Sequence record: MT680615.1
Length of the DNA: 40,000 nucleotides
Reading direction: 5' to 3' (one strand)
DNA from: Proteus phage PmP19
Shown: in pieces, positions 17,804 through 26,176 of the stretch
Layout: every line of letters begins with the position of its first letter
How positions within the stretch are numbered: the stretch's first letter is position 1
Notes under the pieces: generated by a model
What the model was told of the DNA's origin: nothing
The model's database searches: none
What the model saw: only the letters and a program-made list of their open reading frames with translations
Position numbers and translations under genes: made by a program

Positions 17804-19371
17804 TATAACTCCTGTAAACCTTGGTTAATGACTTGAGGGATGGCCTGTGCCACACCTTCATTGAGTGTTTGGTCTGCTTGTTGTTCCTGTTCTTGCTCCG
17901 CAGCAGCCGCGGCTTCCTCTTCGGACATGAGGAATGGGAAGTCAGCTGATATCTGACCACGAACCCAATCCATGTACTCGGTAGGCTTGATTGCTTGTTG
18001 CGCCCACTCAGGCCAGGTGGAGGTTAGGGTGATGTAGTTTGAGAACTGAGCAAGCTTATCCAGCTCAGCCATACGACCCAATGCCTCGATACCTGTGATG
18101 ATTACCGGGTCGATGAATTCTGAGCCAAAGGACCCAGCATTCTCCTGCAAACCCCAAATAGCCATCGGCTGCTGCATCGTTACAGAGAACAACGAGTACG
18201 CACCACCCAGACTCTGCTCCACTTCCATAGCGTCGCGTTGAATCTCTAAGGCAGTCACGCGCTCAGCATCTCGCCGCACCAAAGACTCCATCATGAAGAC
18301 TACGCCAATCCTTCGGACGTACTTCTCTAAAACTGCATCGATGGGTGTAAGGTCAGCATACTTGCCAAGCTGGACGATGTGGATGTCTTCCTCAACACCC
18401 GTGATTACCTCACCAGTGCCAGAGTTAACGAAGTGTTCCACATCAGTTTGAGCACCTGGACGAATCAGGTACTTGATGTCTGCCATAAGCGCAGCACCAC
18501 GTGCCACCGCCTCAGACAGGAACTGGATAACAAAGAGGTCTCCAGAGTAATCCTCGCATAAAGGACGACCCCAATCCTCACCATAAGACCGCTTCCAGGT
18601 GAGTACCATAAACGGAAGCTTATCCGTCTTGACCCGGCTGGACTTGCCAACTGGCAAATCATCTGCCGACTGCTGCACTTTCCAGAAGCCATCACCCTCA
18701 TAGCATGCGTGAGTATAGAGCTTCACGTTATCGCTATCCTTGAGCTGCTTACCACGTCTTGCCGCCTGAATGGCAGCACGCAGGGCAGGCTCGAAGGTGC
18801 GTAAAGCCTTCTCTTGCAGCAGGATGATATCCATGAGCTGACCATTGGTGTCTCGCTGGACAACATAGTGATGCATCGGGATGCAGCTGATAGGCCCAGC
18901 TGGGTCGTTTGCAGACTTAACTGGTTTATACATCAGGCAGTTGCCAGCAACCAGGAGGTGCTTAAAGGCCTCGACTACCGCAGGGCGGAATTGCCGAGCA
19001 TCGAGTGCCTTCATCGCCTGGGTTTCAATCTTGGCGAACACCGTGGCAAGCTTAGTCTTCTGGTATCCCCGCTCAAGCAGCGCCTTCTCACCTTTAACCG
19101 TAAGGTCAACACGGAAGAACGATCGCTGGGCAGGGAACAATACCTGTGCCAGTTTGTTAGCCAGGTGGTTCGTTGCCTGTGCGCCTGTGCCTTGCCAGCC
19201 ATTCTGGGCTGACTCATTATTACCAGGCTCGTTGAGCAGGTATGGAAGTGTAAGCCTTGCGTAATGCTTTGCTCTGTCCAGGAACTCATTACGCTTTCGG
19301 GAGAGCTTCTCCCAGAGTTCAGGAATCTTACTCTTCTTACCGCTATATGAAGCCCCGCCACGGATGTCCAT
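17803..19371 (-). CDS. Portal (head-tail connector) protein, 522 aa
   Basis: ARLTLPYLLNEPGNNESAQNGWQGTGAQATNHLANKLAQVLFPAQRSFFRVD is typical of T7-type portals. Confidence 0.92.
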   Translation of the reverse strand: MDIRGGASYSGKKSKIPELWEKLSRKRNEFLDRAKHYARLTLPYLLNEPGNNESAQNGWQGTGAQATNHLANKLAQVLFPAQRSFFRVDLTVKGEKALLERGYQKTKLATVFAKIETQAMKALDARQFRPAVVEAFKHLLVAGNCLMYKPVKSANDPAGPISCIPMHHYVVQRDTNGQLMDIILLQEKALRTFEPALRAAIQAARRGKQLKDSDNVKLYTHACYEGDGFWKVQQSADDLPVGKSSRVKTDKLPFMVLTWKRSYGEDWGRPLCEDYSGDLFVIQFLSEAVARGAALMADIKYLIRPGAQTDVEHFVNSGTGEVITGVEEDIHIVQLGKYADLTPIDAVLEKYVRRIGVVFMMESLVRRDAERVTALEIQRDAMEVEQSLGGAYSLFSVTMQQPMAIWGLQENAGSFGSEFIDPVIITGIEALGRMAELDKLAQFSNYITLTSTWPEWAQQAIKPTEYMDWVRGQISADFPFLMSEEEAAAAAEQEQEQQADQTLNEGVAQAIPQVINQGLQEL

Positions 19372-19372
19372 A

Positions 19373-19579
19373 TTACACCCCCAGGCTGGAGGCTACCGGA
19401 CGAACCAGGCTACGCTTGCCTTTACCACCAACACTGTTGGAGTCATCGGCACCGATATTGACTGAATCCGCACCAACCTCCGCTTGCCGCTCAAGCTGCT
19501 GGGCAGGTACTTTGGTTTCAAGGGTGGGGGTCTTTGAAGCAATCCCAACAGCCTTGAATGCCTTGTTGACAATACTCAT
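19373..19579 (-). CDS. Small protein upstream of portal (T7 gp7.3-like position), 68 aa
   Basis: ORF and synteny; MSIVNKAFKAVGIASKTPTLETKVPAQQLERQ. Confidence 0.5.
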   Translation of the reverse strand: MSIVNKAFKAVGIASKTPTLETKVPAQQLERQAEVGADSVNIGADDSNSVGGKGKRSLVRPVASSLGV

Positions 19580-19587
19580 CTTGTCTC

Positions 19588-20049
19588 CTAAAACTTGTGA
19601 TTGTACACAGTGCCGAATGGTGAAAACCCAAGAAGGGAATACATCTTACCGACACGCTCCTCATTGATACCAGAGGCCAGAGACAATCTTACTTCCTTGC
19701 AACCTTGAGACTCAGCCCAATTGCGCCAGGCCTTAATCAGGCCCATACCGACAGCTGTACCACGGAACTCTGGGGTTACGTAGAACAGGTAATCGCTGGC
19801 AACTAAGGTTAAATCCCACGGGGCAAGCATGTGAGTGCCACCCCATAAGAAACCAACAACCTCATTATCCCGCACAGCTACGTGCAAGAACAAGGCTTCA
19901 TGGGAGATTGCCAAGGCAAGATGGTGGGCGCTCTCAGCTGCATTCCAGATTGCCGAGTGGTGGCCCACAGTCTTGACCTCTTGCTCAACGTAACGATTAC
20001 CAAGGTTGATAATCGCTGGTACATCCAGAAGGCAAGCGGGTCTTATCAT
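19588..20049 (-). CDS. GNAT-family acetyltransferase, 153 aa
   Basis: VTPEFRGTAVGMGLIKAWRNWAESQGCKEVRLSL matches GNAT motif A. Confidence 0.8.
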   Translation of the reverse strand: MIRPACLLDVPAIINLGNRYVEQEVKTVGHHSAIWNAAESAHHLALAISHEALFLHVAVRDNEVVGFLWGGTHMLAPWDLTLVASDYLFYVTPEFRGTAVGMGLIKAWRNWAESQGCKEVRLSLASGINEERVGKMYSLLGFSPFGTVYNHKF

Positions 20050-20222
20050 GCATTCACCTGTATGTTGTGTTCGATACAGGCAAGGATGTGCCGCTTACAT
20101 TCATCCCACACAAGTTGCTCGTGCGTCTTGGTGACGCTAGGTGCACTCGGGCGGAGGATGTTATCAACAAGGAGGCGATAGGCTTCCTCGTTCATATAGG
20201 CTTTCTTATTCGGAGTCTTCAT
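20046..20222 (-). CDS. Small hypothetical protein, 58 aa (not in supplied ORF track)
   Basis: Hand translation MKTPNKKAYMNEEAYRLLVDNILRPSAPSVTKTHEQLVWDECKRHILACIEHNIQVNA; stop overlaps the GNAT start (ATGA). Confidence 0.6.
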   Translation of the reverse strand: MKTPNKKAYMNEEAYRLLVDNILRPSAPSVTKTHEQLVWDECKRHILACIEHNIQVNA

Positions 20223-20397
20223 CTTCTACTCCGTAGATCTCTTCCACTTTCTCCCGTATTGCCTCAACAGACAACCCGAGTTCCTCAGCATCTGCCAGGA
20301 GATTGTAACCTGGCTCCATACCACACGACAGGCTTTCGAAGATAGCCTCAGCTACCTCAACGGCCCGTGTGGCTCGCATTGAATCTAAACTACGCAT
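20206..20397 (-). CDS. Small acidic hypothetical protein, 63 aa
   Basis: Start MRSLDSMRATRAVEVAEAIF with AAGGAGG upstream; the track's longer start overlaps ligase unnecessarily. Confidence 0.6.
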   Translation of the reverse strand: MRSLDSMRATRAVEVAEAIFESLSCGMEPGYNLLADAEELGLSVEAIREKVEEIYGVEDEDSE

Positions 20398-21361
20398 CGG
20401 CGTCCTCCTTATCATGCCGCAGCTCGCCAACTTTAGGAAGTCGAATCTTCCCTTTGCTGGAGTCTTGCAGACCATAGACAGTGAAGATGCGACCGATTAC
20501 ATTAAGTTCGCCGCCATTCTTAATCTCGTTATACATACGGGTTGCATCTTCATGAGACCAACCCTTACCAAGCATAGCCTTCACCTTCTGAGTGCCATGC
20601 CACTTGAAGATAAGGTTTGCCACCTTACCTGTGTATTTGCCTTTCCCTTCTTCCCAGCCGATGCAGCGGAGGTCATACGCAACTGTGCGCACAATCTTCA
20701 TCTGACGCCAACCTTTGTGGCCTGCCTCCCAATCCACATCACGCTTGAAGACAGCACCCTCGCGGCCTGCATCAATGTGCTTCTGTGCGAAGGCCTCTAC
20801 TTCTTCCCATGTATTGCACTTGGTAATTGGAAGGTAGTTGTCATGGTAGGTGTCATAGACACAAGATATGTCTGGAGCAAGGTGCGATGTGATACGCTTG
20901 ACCAAACCAGCATGCCGCTTGGTGAATGGTGCAACTGCAACGCCACCTATGAAGTCTGACAGTGTGACCATATCAAAGAAGTCAACATACAACTCATCTT
21001 TGATTTGCTGCCCGATGAAGTCCAACTCATTCACACGGTCTGGGTTAACAACACCAGACAAGGCTTCAAGGTAGATATCCACAGCCATAGACTGTAGCTC
21101 ACCCAGATATACACCAGCTGGCAGGCAGGAGAACCGAGACTCCAGGTGCTCAACATTGCTGAGCTTCTTACCGGTACGCCCGAAGATACCAACCTTGCCA
21201 TCGTGGCGAACCACAGTGGCACTAAAGACGCCATCACGTTTTACCTGGGCATACAGTGGCAATTGCCGCTTGCTCTCTGGGACTTCCTCCATGTGCTTGA
21301 CCAGCTGCACAGGGTGATTGCGGTGATCCCAGGATAGTCCCAGGAACTCAAAGATGTTCAT
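20390..21361 (-). CDS. ATP-dependent DNA ligase, 323 aa
   Basis: Adenylation motif YAQVKRDGVFSA (KxDG), plus VFKRDVDWEAGHKGWRQMKIVR. Confidence 0.88.
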   Translation of the reverse strand: MNIFEFLGLSWDHRNHPVQLVKHMEEVPESKRQLPLYAQVKRDGVFSATVVRHDGKVGIFGRTGKKLSNVEHLESRFSCLPAGVYLGELQSMAVDIYLEALSGVVNPDRVNELDFIGQQIKDELYVDFFDMVTLSDFIGGVAVAPFTKRHAGLVKRITSHLAPDISCVYDTYHDNYLPITKCNTWEEVEAFAQKHIDAGREGAVFKRDVDWEAGHKGWRQMKIVRTVAYDLRCIGWEEGKGKYTGKVANLIFKWHGTQKVKAMLGKGWSHEDATRMYNEIKNGGELNVIGRIFTVYGLQDSSKGKIRLPKVGELRHDKEDADA

Positions 21362-21552
21362 AGGTCACCTACCGGGATTACCCTTACGCAGCTCTTATCC
21401 AACCAGCGCTTGAAGTTTAAACGCTTGTCGCGTGCAACAACTTCGCTGTCAAAGATTGCAGCCTCATTCCTGTTTGGTGTGCTGCCTTGCCCTGCCTCAA
21501 GGTAATAACCTACCTCACCTGGGGCAAAAGTGATCTTAACAATGAACTTCAT
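21358..21552 (-). CDS. Hypothetical protein, 64 aa
   Basis: ORF overlapping neighbours by a few nt in the operon. Confidence 0.5.
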   Translation of the reverse strand: MKFIVKITFAPGEVGYYLEAGQGSTPNRNEAAIFDSEVVARDKRLNFKRWLDKSCVRVIPVGDL

Positions 21553-21947
21553 TTGCGTAACTCCTTATCCAGGAGGAACATGATGTTAACCGCTGCGTGT
21601 GCCAGGTGAAGCTCACCAGACTCTGGGTCCACCTTCTCACCCTTGTGATGCTGGGTGAGGTGACGCATCAATGCATCCAGGTAGCGCATCTCCCCTTCTG
21701 GGACTTTATCCCAATTACCAACGGCATACTTGTCAGCACCGAAGCCAAGCAACGTGCCGAGCTTCTCGAATGCATGTGGAACTTCTACCAGCACCAGGCC
21801 GAGACGTGGCTTGCCTTGGTCAGCCTTAACGCCAACTGGTGGGAGTTTACCGCAGGAGCAGTTTACCCCTCCTTTGAATAAATCACAATGCAGGTAGTGG
21901 CCTACTTCCATAGACACCTCTGCACTTATCCCATCTACTAAACTCAT
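21549..21947 (-). CDS. DUF5664 / MazZ-like (dATP/dGTP diphosphohydrolase N-terminal family) protein, 132 aa
   Basis: KADQGKPRLGLVLVEVPHAFEKLGTLLGFGADKYAVGNWDKV...YLDALMRHLTQHHKGEKVDPESGELHLAHAAVNIMFLL fits the family pattern. Confidence 0.75.
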   Translation of the reverse strand: MSLVDGISAEVSMEVGHYLHCDLFKGGVNCSCGKLPPVGVKADQGKPRLGLVLVEVPHAFEKLGTLLGFGADKYAVGNWDKVPEGEMRYLDALMRHLTQHHKGEKVDPESGELHLAHAAVNIMFLLDKELRK

Positions 21948-21968
21948 GCTACCTCCAATAATTTATTT

Positions 21969-22045
21969 ACGGGTATACAATTGAGGGCCACACCTCACCT
22001 CCCTCGGATTAAACATACAATCATGTATGAATGGTGTGACCCTCT
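21969..22045 (-). other. Leader with extended 12-bp stem and conserved tail (class-2 leader)
   Basis: Minus strand GAGGGTCACACC...GGTGTGGCCCTC (one G-U pair), then AATTGTATACCCGTAAAT, which also occurs at 28319..28357. Confidence 0.7.
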
Positions 22046-22066
22046 GTTCTATACTCGCCAGTATTA
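22046..22066 (-). promoter_or_regulatory. Phage promoter-like motif (TAATACTGGCGAGTATAGAAC variant)
   Basis: Match to the recurrent motif; the CTGG variant is shared with 27109 and 28358. Confidence 0.85.
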
Positions 22067-23071
22067 CAACTTGCCGACCCAGCGGCCTTCAAGGTCTGTC
22101 TGCATAGGGACAACCTGCGGCACACTGTCAACAATGACAATGCAACCAAGGGCTGGCTTATACTTAGACTCCTTGCCATAGGCGAAGGCCTTGGACTCCT
22201 CATCCACCAGGCAACCACCTTGCGCCGCCCAATACTGCTCGCGGGTATTGCGGGCATACTCAATGGACATCTTGCCATGCAAGTGACCACAGATAAGATG
22301 GGTACGCTCGTGAGCTGCATCGGTAAGCACGGCACCTGCTGGTTGATGCTTGAAGGATACCAGTTCGCCGTTAGGTAGGCGTAAGGTGTGGGTGTGTCGC
22401 CACTCCCAGCGCTGCCCGCTGCCCTCCGGGAAGAACACTTCACGGTAGGTTCGCAGGTACTGCACCGGAATACCATGCGCATTAGCCTTACGGAAATGCA
22501 TAGAGCCGTGGTTGGAGTGACACAGACGCATCACCGGGAACATGGTGTGCAACTTACGCATGAAGACACGGGCACGCTCCAGCTCCTTGCCTGCACTATC
22601 CAGGTTCGGGTCTGAGTCATGGAATGACATAGCGTGCTTGTCTGCCTCATCACCTAGGTGTACCACGGTGTCCGGGCGATAACGAGCTGCCACAGCTGCC
22701 AGGAACTCCAGGGTGTCCGGGTGTTCATATGGAGCATGGGTGTCCGGGATTACCAGTACACTTCGATGAGCCGACTCAGGCAGTGGTACAGTAGCCAGAT
22801 CTTCATACCTGTCAGGGCTGCGCACTTCACGTTCTTCTTTGATAGCTCGATTTGCTTGAACCAGAGACTGATAGTCGTCGCCGTTCTTCTTATGCACCTC
22901 GAACTGTTTGGCCCAATACCGCGCGAGCTGGCGAGTGACTGGAGCCTGTTGAGGCATATCCGACAGGATAGCAGCCATCTCGTTATAGTTAACATTACCA
23001 GCACCGTCGGTAGCTTGCGTCATAGCCCCTTTGACATCTGAGTCCTTAAACAATGAGCGTAGCTTACCCAC
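22064..23071 (-). CDS. Calcineurin-like metallophosphoesterase, 335 aa
   Basis: VIPDTHAPYEH, VVHLGDEAD, SNHG, LICGHLHG motifs. Confidence 0.85.
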   Translation of the reverse strand: MGKLRSLFKDSDVKGAMTQATDGAGNVNYNEMAAILSDMPQQAPVTRQLARYWAKQFEVHKKNGDDYQSLVQANRAIKEEREVRSPDRYEDLATVPLPESAHRSVLVIPDTHAPYEHPDTLEFLAAVAARYRPDTVVHLGDEADKHAMSFHDSDPNLDSAGKELERARVFMRKLHTMFPVMRLCHSNHGSMHFRKANAHGIPVQYLRTYREVFFPEGSGQRWEWRHTHTLRLPNGELVSFKHQPAGAVLTDAAHERTHLICGHLHGKMSIEYARNTREQYWAAQGGCLVDEESKAFAYGKESKYKPALGCIVIVDSVPQVVPMQTDLEGRWVGKL

Positions 23072-23473
23072 TTAACCTCCCTTCTTTGCTGCATATGCAA
23101 GACGTGCCTTGCGATTGCGTGCCTCTCTTAACTCCGCAGGTGTCTTATGCTTGTGATACAAGCGGTCAGTCTGCGGCACCTTGTGCTTTTCCCAATAGGC
23201 CAGGAGGTTCTTAATCCACTCGATGCGGAAGTGCAGACTGTTGCCAGCTTTGCCATAACCTTCCACCACGGATTTAACTTTACCCTCTGCCCCATTGCAA
23301 CCTCGACAGATAACTGCCCGGCAGAAACCTGTGTCGTGGTCATGGTCAAGCACCCGGTTCTTGGGTGCAACCGCCTTTAGACTCCCGCCACACAGTGGGC
23401 ACTTCCAGCCCTGAGCGTTAAGCAGTAAAAGCTTATACTCATCTACCTCTTTCTCTTTTAGCTTGATAGCCAT
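23072..23473 (-). CDS. Recombination endonuclease VII-like (Holliday junction resolvase), 133 aa
   Basis: CPLCGGSLK...NRVLDHDHDTGFCRAVICRGCNGAEGKV matches the endonuclease VII HNH/CxxC signature. Confidence 0.9.
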   Translation of the reverse strand: MAIKLKEKEVDEYKLLLLNAQGWKCPLCGGSLKAVAPKNRVLDHDHDTGFCRAVICRGCNGAEGKVKSVVEGYGKAGNSLHFRIEWIKNLLAYWEKHKVPQTDRLYHKHKTPAELREARNRKARLAYAAKKGG

Positions 23474-24492
23474 GTGTCATCATTACCCCATGTCATGCGG
23501 CCTTTAGCTTCTCGCCAGATGTCACCAGGGTATTGCGCCATGTGGGCAAGTCGCCCACACTCCAGCATCAGGTCAACCGCACGGCCTTCCTTGTAACCAC
23601 CTCGGTAGTTCTTGAGGAGTACCGTGCCATCGCCGTAGTGCTTCTTGTAAGCCCCGAGCGTTGCCATGAAGAGTTCTTTCTCATCACGACAGGTGTCCAA
23701 TAAGTCGAAGGCAAACTTGGGTCCTTTACGAGGAATGCCCTTGTAGTTATCGACGTTGTCACCTATGATCATCTGGGCATAGAAGAACTTAAGGCCAGCG
23801 CCTTTAAGGTCCTTGATTGAGCCGTCAGCTTTCCGCCGCAACTCTAACCAACCCATTTCGTCAACCCATTTCAGCTCTGCACCTTTACCTGGTTGCAGGT
23901 GCCAACCTGGGACGATCATCAAATCCTTGTCAGCAGACACAATGACTGTGTTGCTAAACTCACGATGCATAGGTGACCCGATTACGAAGTCAGCCCCGGC
24001 CTCTTTCCGAAATGCATTGTGACCTTTCCATTGCTCGATAGACATCAGGTCATCCGCTTCGTCACCATCACTTACGATGGCGGAATGGACAACCCGAAGG
24101 TGCTCCCTCATTTGATAGAAGAAAGGAGGCTTCTCCGAGGCACGACCGCCCTTGTACTCATCGGTGAATGCAAGGTTGATACGGAAGTTCTTAGGTGAGT
24201 CTGTCATGAAAATCTTGGCAGCATCACACTTAGCCCCACGCACCCACATATTGAGAATGGAGTTAATACGGTCACATGCAGACTTGCATTCCGGGGTCTC
24301 TTCCAGGGTTGCGAACTGACCATGCTTGATACGGGTGTTTGCCCGGACCCAGGTCAGCTCGCTGATTGTATACCCTACGATGTACGGGAGCATGTCACCG
24401 TCAATGAGGGCGACTCTGTTACCATCAGTCGGCCACAGGATGAGGTTATCGTCCTCCGTGACCTCAGCTCCATATTCAAAGTGGACTCGCAT
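23458..24492 (-). CDS. 5'-3' exonuclease (T7 gp6-like), about 344 aa
   Basis: RVALIDGDMLPYIVG, VSADKDLMIVPGWHL, MIIGDNVDNYKGIPRKGPKFA; the track start at 24501 is TTG, ATG at 24492 is better placed relative to GGAGG. Confidence 0.85.
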   Translation of the reverse strand: MRVHFEYGAEVTEDDNLILWPTDGNRVALIDGDMLPYIVGYTISELTWVRANTRIKHGQFATLEETPECKSACDRINSILNMWVRGAKCDAAKIFMTDSPKNFRINLAFTDEYKGGRASEKPPFFYQMREHLRVVHSAIVSDGDEADDLMSIEQWKGHNAFRKEAGADFVIGSPMHREFSNTVIVSADKDLMIVPGWHLQPGKGAELKWVDEMGWLELRRKADGSIKDLKGAGLKFFYAQMIIGDNVDNYKGIPRKGPKFAFDLLDTCRDEKELFMATLGAYKKHYGDGTVLLKNYRGGYKEGRAVDLMLECGRLAHMAQYPGDIWREAKGRMTWGNDDTWLSS

Positions 24493-24698
24493 GTAGGCCA
24501 AACCTCCATTACATTATTGTAAATCCAAGCCTCCACCCACTCACCGGGACACATCACAAAATCCTTATCATGATTAGGTATGAGGGTATCCAGGTAACAC
24601 TCTAAGGTGCTTCTGTCATAAACACAGACACGATAGGCACGATACAGTGAATCATAATCTATTGTGTAGGCGAGGTTCGTTAGGATATCGCGGCTCAT
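24375..24698 (-). CDS. Hypothetical protein, 107 aa, out-of-frame overlap with exonuclease start
   Basis: ATG ORF; 3' third overlaps the exonuclease gene in another frame. Confidence 0.4.
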   Translation of the reverse strand: MSRDILTNLAYTIDYDSLYRAYRVCVYDRSTLECYLDTLIPNHDKDFVMCPGEWVEAWIYNNVMEVWPTCESTLNMELRSRRTITSSCGRLMVTESPSLTVTCSRTS

Positions 24699-24722
24699 TT
24701 ATTTATCTCCAATGGATATCAC

Positions 24723-24760
24723 GAAAATTAAGCCCGCCCAAGCATCAGGCTCAGACGGGC
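24723..24760 (-). terminator. Intrinsic terminator
   Basis: Minus strand GCCCGTCTGAGC-CTGAT-GCTTGGGCGGGC-TTAATTTT: 12-bp stem (with G-U pairs), 5-nt loop, U-rich tail. Confidence 0.8.
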
Positions 24761-24766
24761 AGGTTG

Positions 24767-25225
24767 TTACTGATTAAAGGATAACACATCTTCCTCTTTG
24801 AATTTAATCACTGTTCCGCCAGCACGAATCTCCAGCACGTTATATGCAGAGAAGCAGCGGTATCCCTTACCATTGGTGAGGTTTACACTGATCAAATCAT
24901 CGTGATGCGCAATAGTGCTGGCACCACCTTTCAGGTCCTTCTTAACGCCAGTGCGGCAGGTCATCTCCATGAAGTTTTCGGTGAGTTTAACATAGTCACC
25001 TTGTTCTGCTTCTGGGAGCTTACGCCACTCTGACGGTTTGAGGGTTACCTCGTGGTCTTCTATAACCCAACCTGCACCCATATCAACCGCCCGCACATAA
25101 GAAACCTTAGGCTCCTTGCGCTTGGCAATGACGGTGAAGATACGACCACCATTCTGACGAATGATAGCCTTGACCAGCTCTTTACGATTGGTGTCACGTT
25201 GACGGATAGACATGTTACTCTCCAT
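24767..25225 (-). CDS. Hypothetical protein, 152 aa (possible later ATG, MSIRQRDTNRKE...)
   Basis: Well-placed ORF; strong terminator directly after its stop. Confidence 0.65.
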   Translation of the reverse strand: MESNMSIRQRDTNRKELVKAIIRQNGGRIFTVIAKRKEPKVSYVRAVDMGAGWVIEDHEVTLKPSEWRKLPEAEQGDYVKLTENFMEMTCRTGVKKDLKGGASTIAHHDDLISVNLTNGKGYRCFSAYNVLEIRAGGTVIKFKEEDVLSFNQ

Positions 25226-25291
25226 TTATTAAGTAACAACCTTAGGTAGGCCAGGAATTCCCTAGCCTACCTCGGGCCTGATCAGGTCGAA

Positions 25292-25663
25292 TTAATACTC
25301 TTCAGCTTCGGCAACCGGAGCAGCTGGCGCAGGCTCGGAGGCATCAGCTTCCGGCTCAGCCTGGGACTCTTCCACGGTCTTCACAGGCTTGCCAGCGGCA
25401 ATCCAGTCGAGGTACGCGGCGACCACGTTGGCCTTGCCCAGCTGGGCTTTGTCAGCCATACCAGGGAATTGCGCTTGTGCGAACGCCAGGCCTTCCGCCA
25501 GGTTGCCCAGACCGTCGATCTTCGCCTGTGCTTCTTCCTGGGTCGCGTAGTCTTTGGTGCCCGCTACCAGCGCGCCGGAAGCGTCAACGATGATGAAAGA
25601 GGTTTCGGTTACCAGTTTGCCAGCTTTAACAACGCGGTTAGAAATAGTTTCAATAGTAAACAT
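25292..25663 (-). CDS. Hypothetical protein with acidic, Ala/Glu/Pro-rich C-terminus ending EAEEY, 123 aa
   Basis: ORF downstream of promoter 25735; RBS GGAGAA. Confidence 0.7.
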   Translation of the reverse strand: MFTIETISNRVVKAGKLVTETSFIIVDASGALVAGTKDYATQEEAQAKIDGLGNLAEGLAFAQAQFPGMADKAQLGKANVVAAYLDWIAAGKPVKTVEESQAEPEADASEPAPAAPVAEAEEY

Positions 25664-25734
25664 TTATTGGTTCTCCATTTGGTTGATTCGCAGAATTGCG
25701 GTTTCGGTTTTACTCTTCTATACTCGCCACTATT

Positions 25735-25755
25735 AAAAGTGGAGAATGTAAATCG
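25735..25755 (-). promoter_or_regulatory. Phage promoter-like motif
   Basis: TAATAGTGGCGAGTATAGAAG. Confidence 0.87.
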
Positions 25756-25960
25756 GGAAGGCCCCAGCCCGGACAATCGTCAGTCACAGGACTTAACCAT
25801 CTGAGCGGTCGCTGCTGGTAGCCTTCAAGGTTACACTCTTTGTTACTAGGCGTATGCCGTTACACAGGGTGGTGTTAGGTGGGCCATCTATGTTGCCTGG
25901 CCTAGCTTGATATGTACCTTCGCCATTGATAAGGGAAGGGTGTTACCGGGTGTTTACGCA

Positions 25961-26176
25961 TTACAGGATGGTAGTGATCTCTTGCACAGACGAGGCAGGC
26001 CAGGTCTTGCCCTGGCGGGTGCCGTCACGGCTCAGATGATTAACAGTTACGAAGCCTTCGCGGGTGATGATATGGAGGTCATCAACGCCAATCATGCTTT
26101 CATCGAACACGAAGTCGGTGAAATGCTGCCTGGTGGCTTCCTTCTTAAGGCTGACACGAACGTATTTTACCTTCAT
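25961..26176 (-). CDS. Hypothetical protein, 71 aa
   Basis: Start overlaps the SSB-like stop region; MKVKYVRVSLKKEATRQHFTDFVFDES. Confidence 0.6.
   Translation of the reverse strand: MKVKYVRVSLKKEATRQHFTDFVFDESMIGVDDLHIITREGFVTVNHLSRDGTRQGKTWPASSVQEITTIL

Noticed and set aside
21549-21947. Possible Z-genome (2-aminoadenine) phage based on the MazZ-like gene
   Set aside because: No PurZ or DatZ-like ORF visible and the family is widespread outside Z-genome phages; the claim is not supported by this window.
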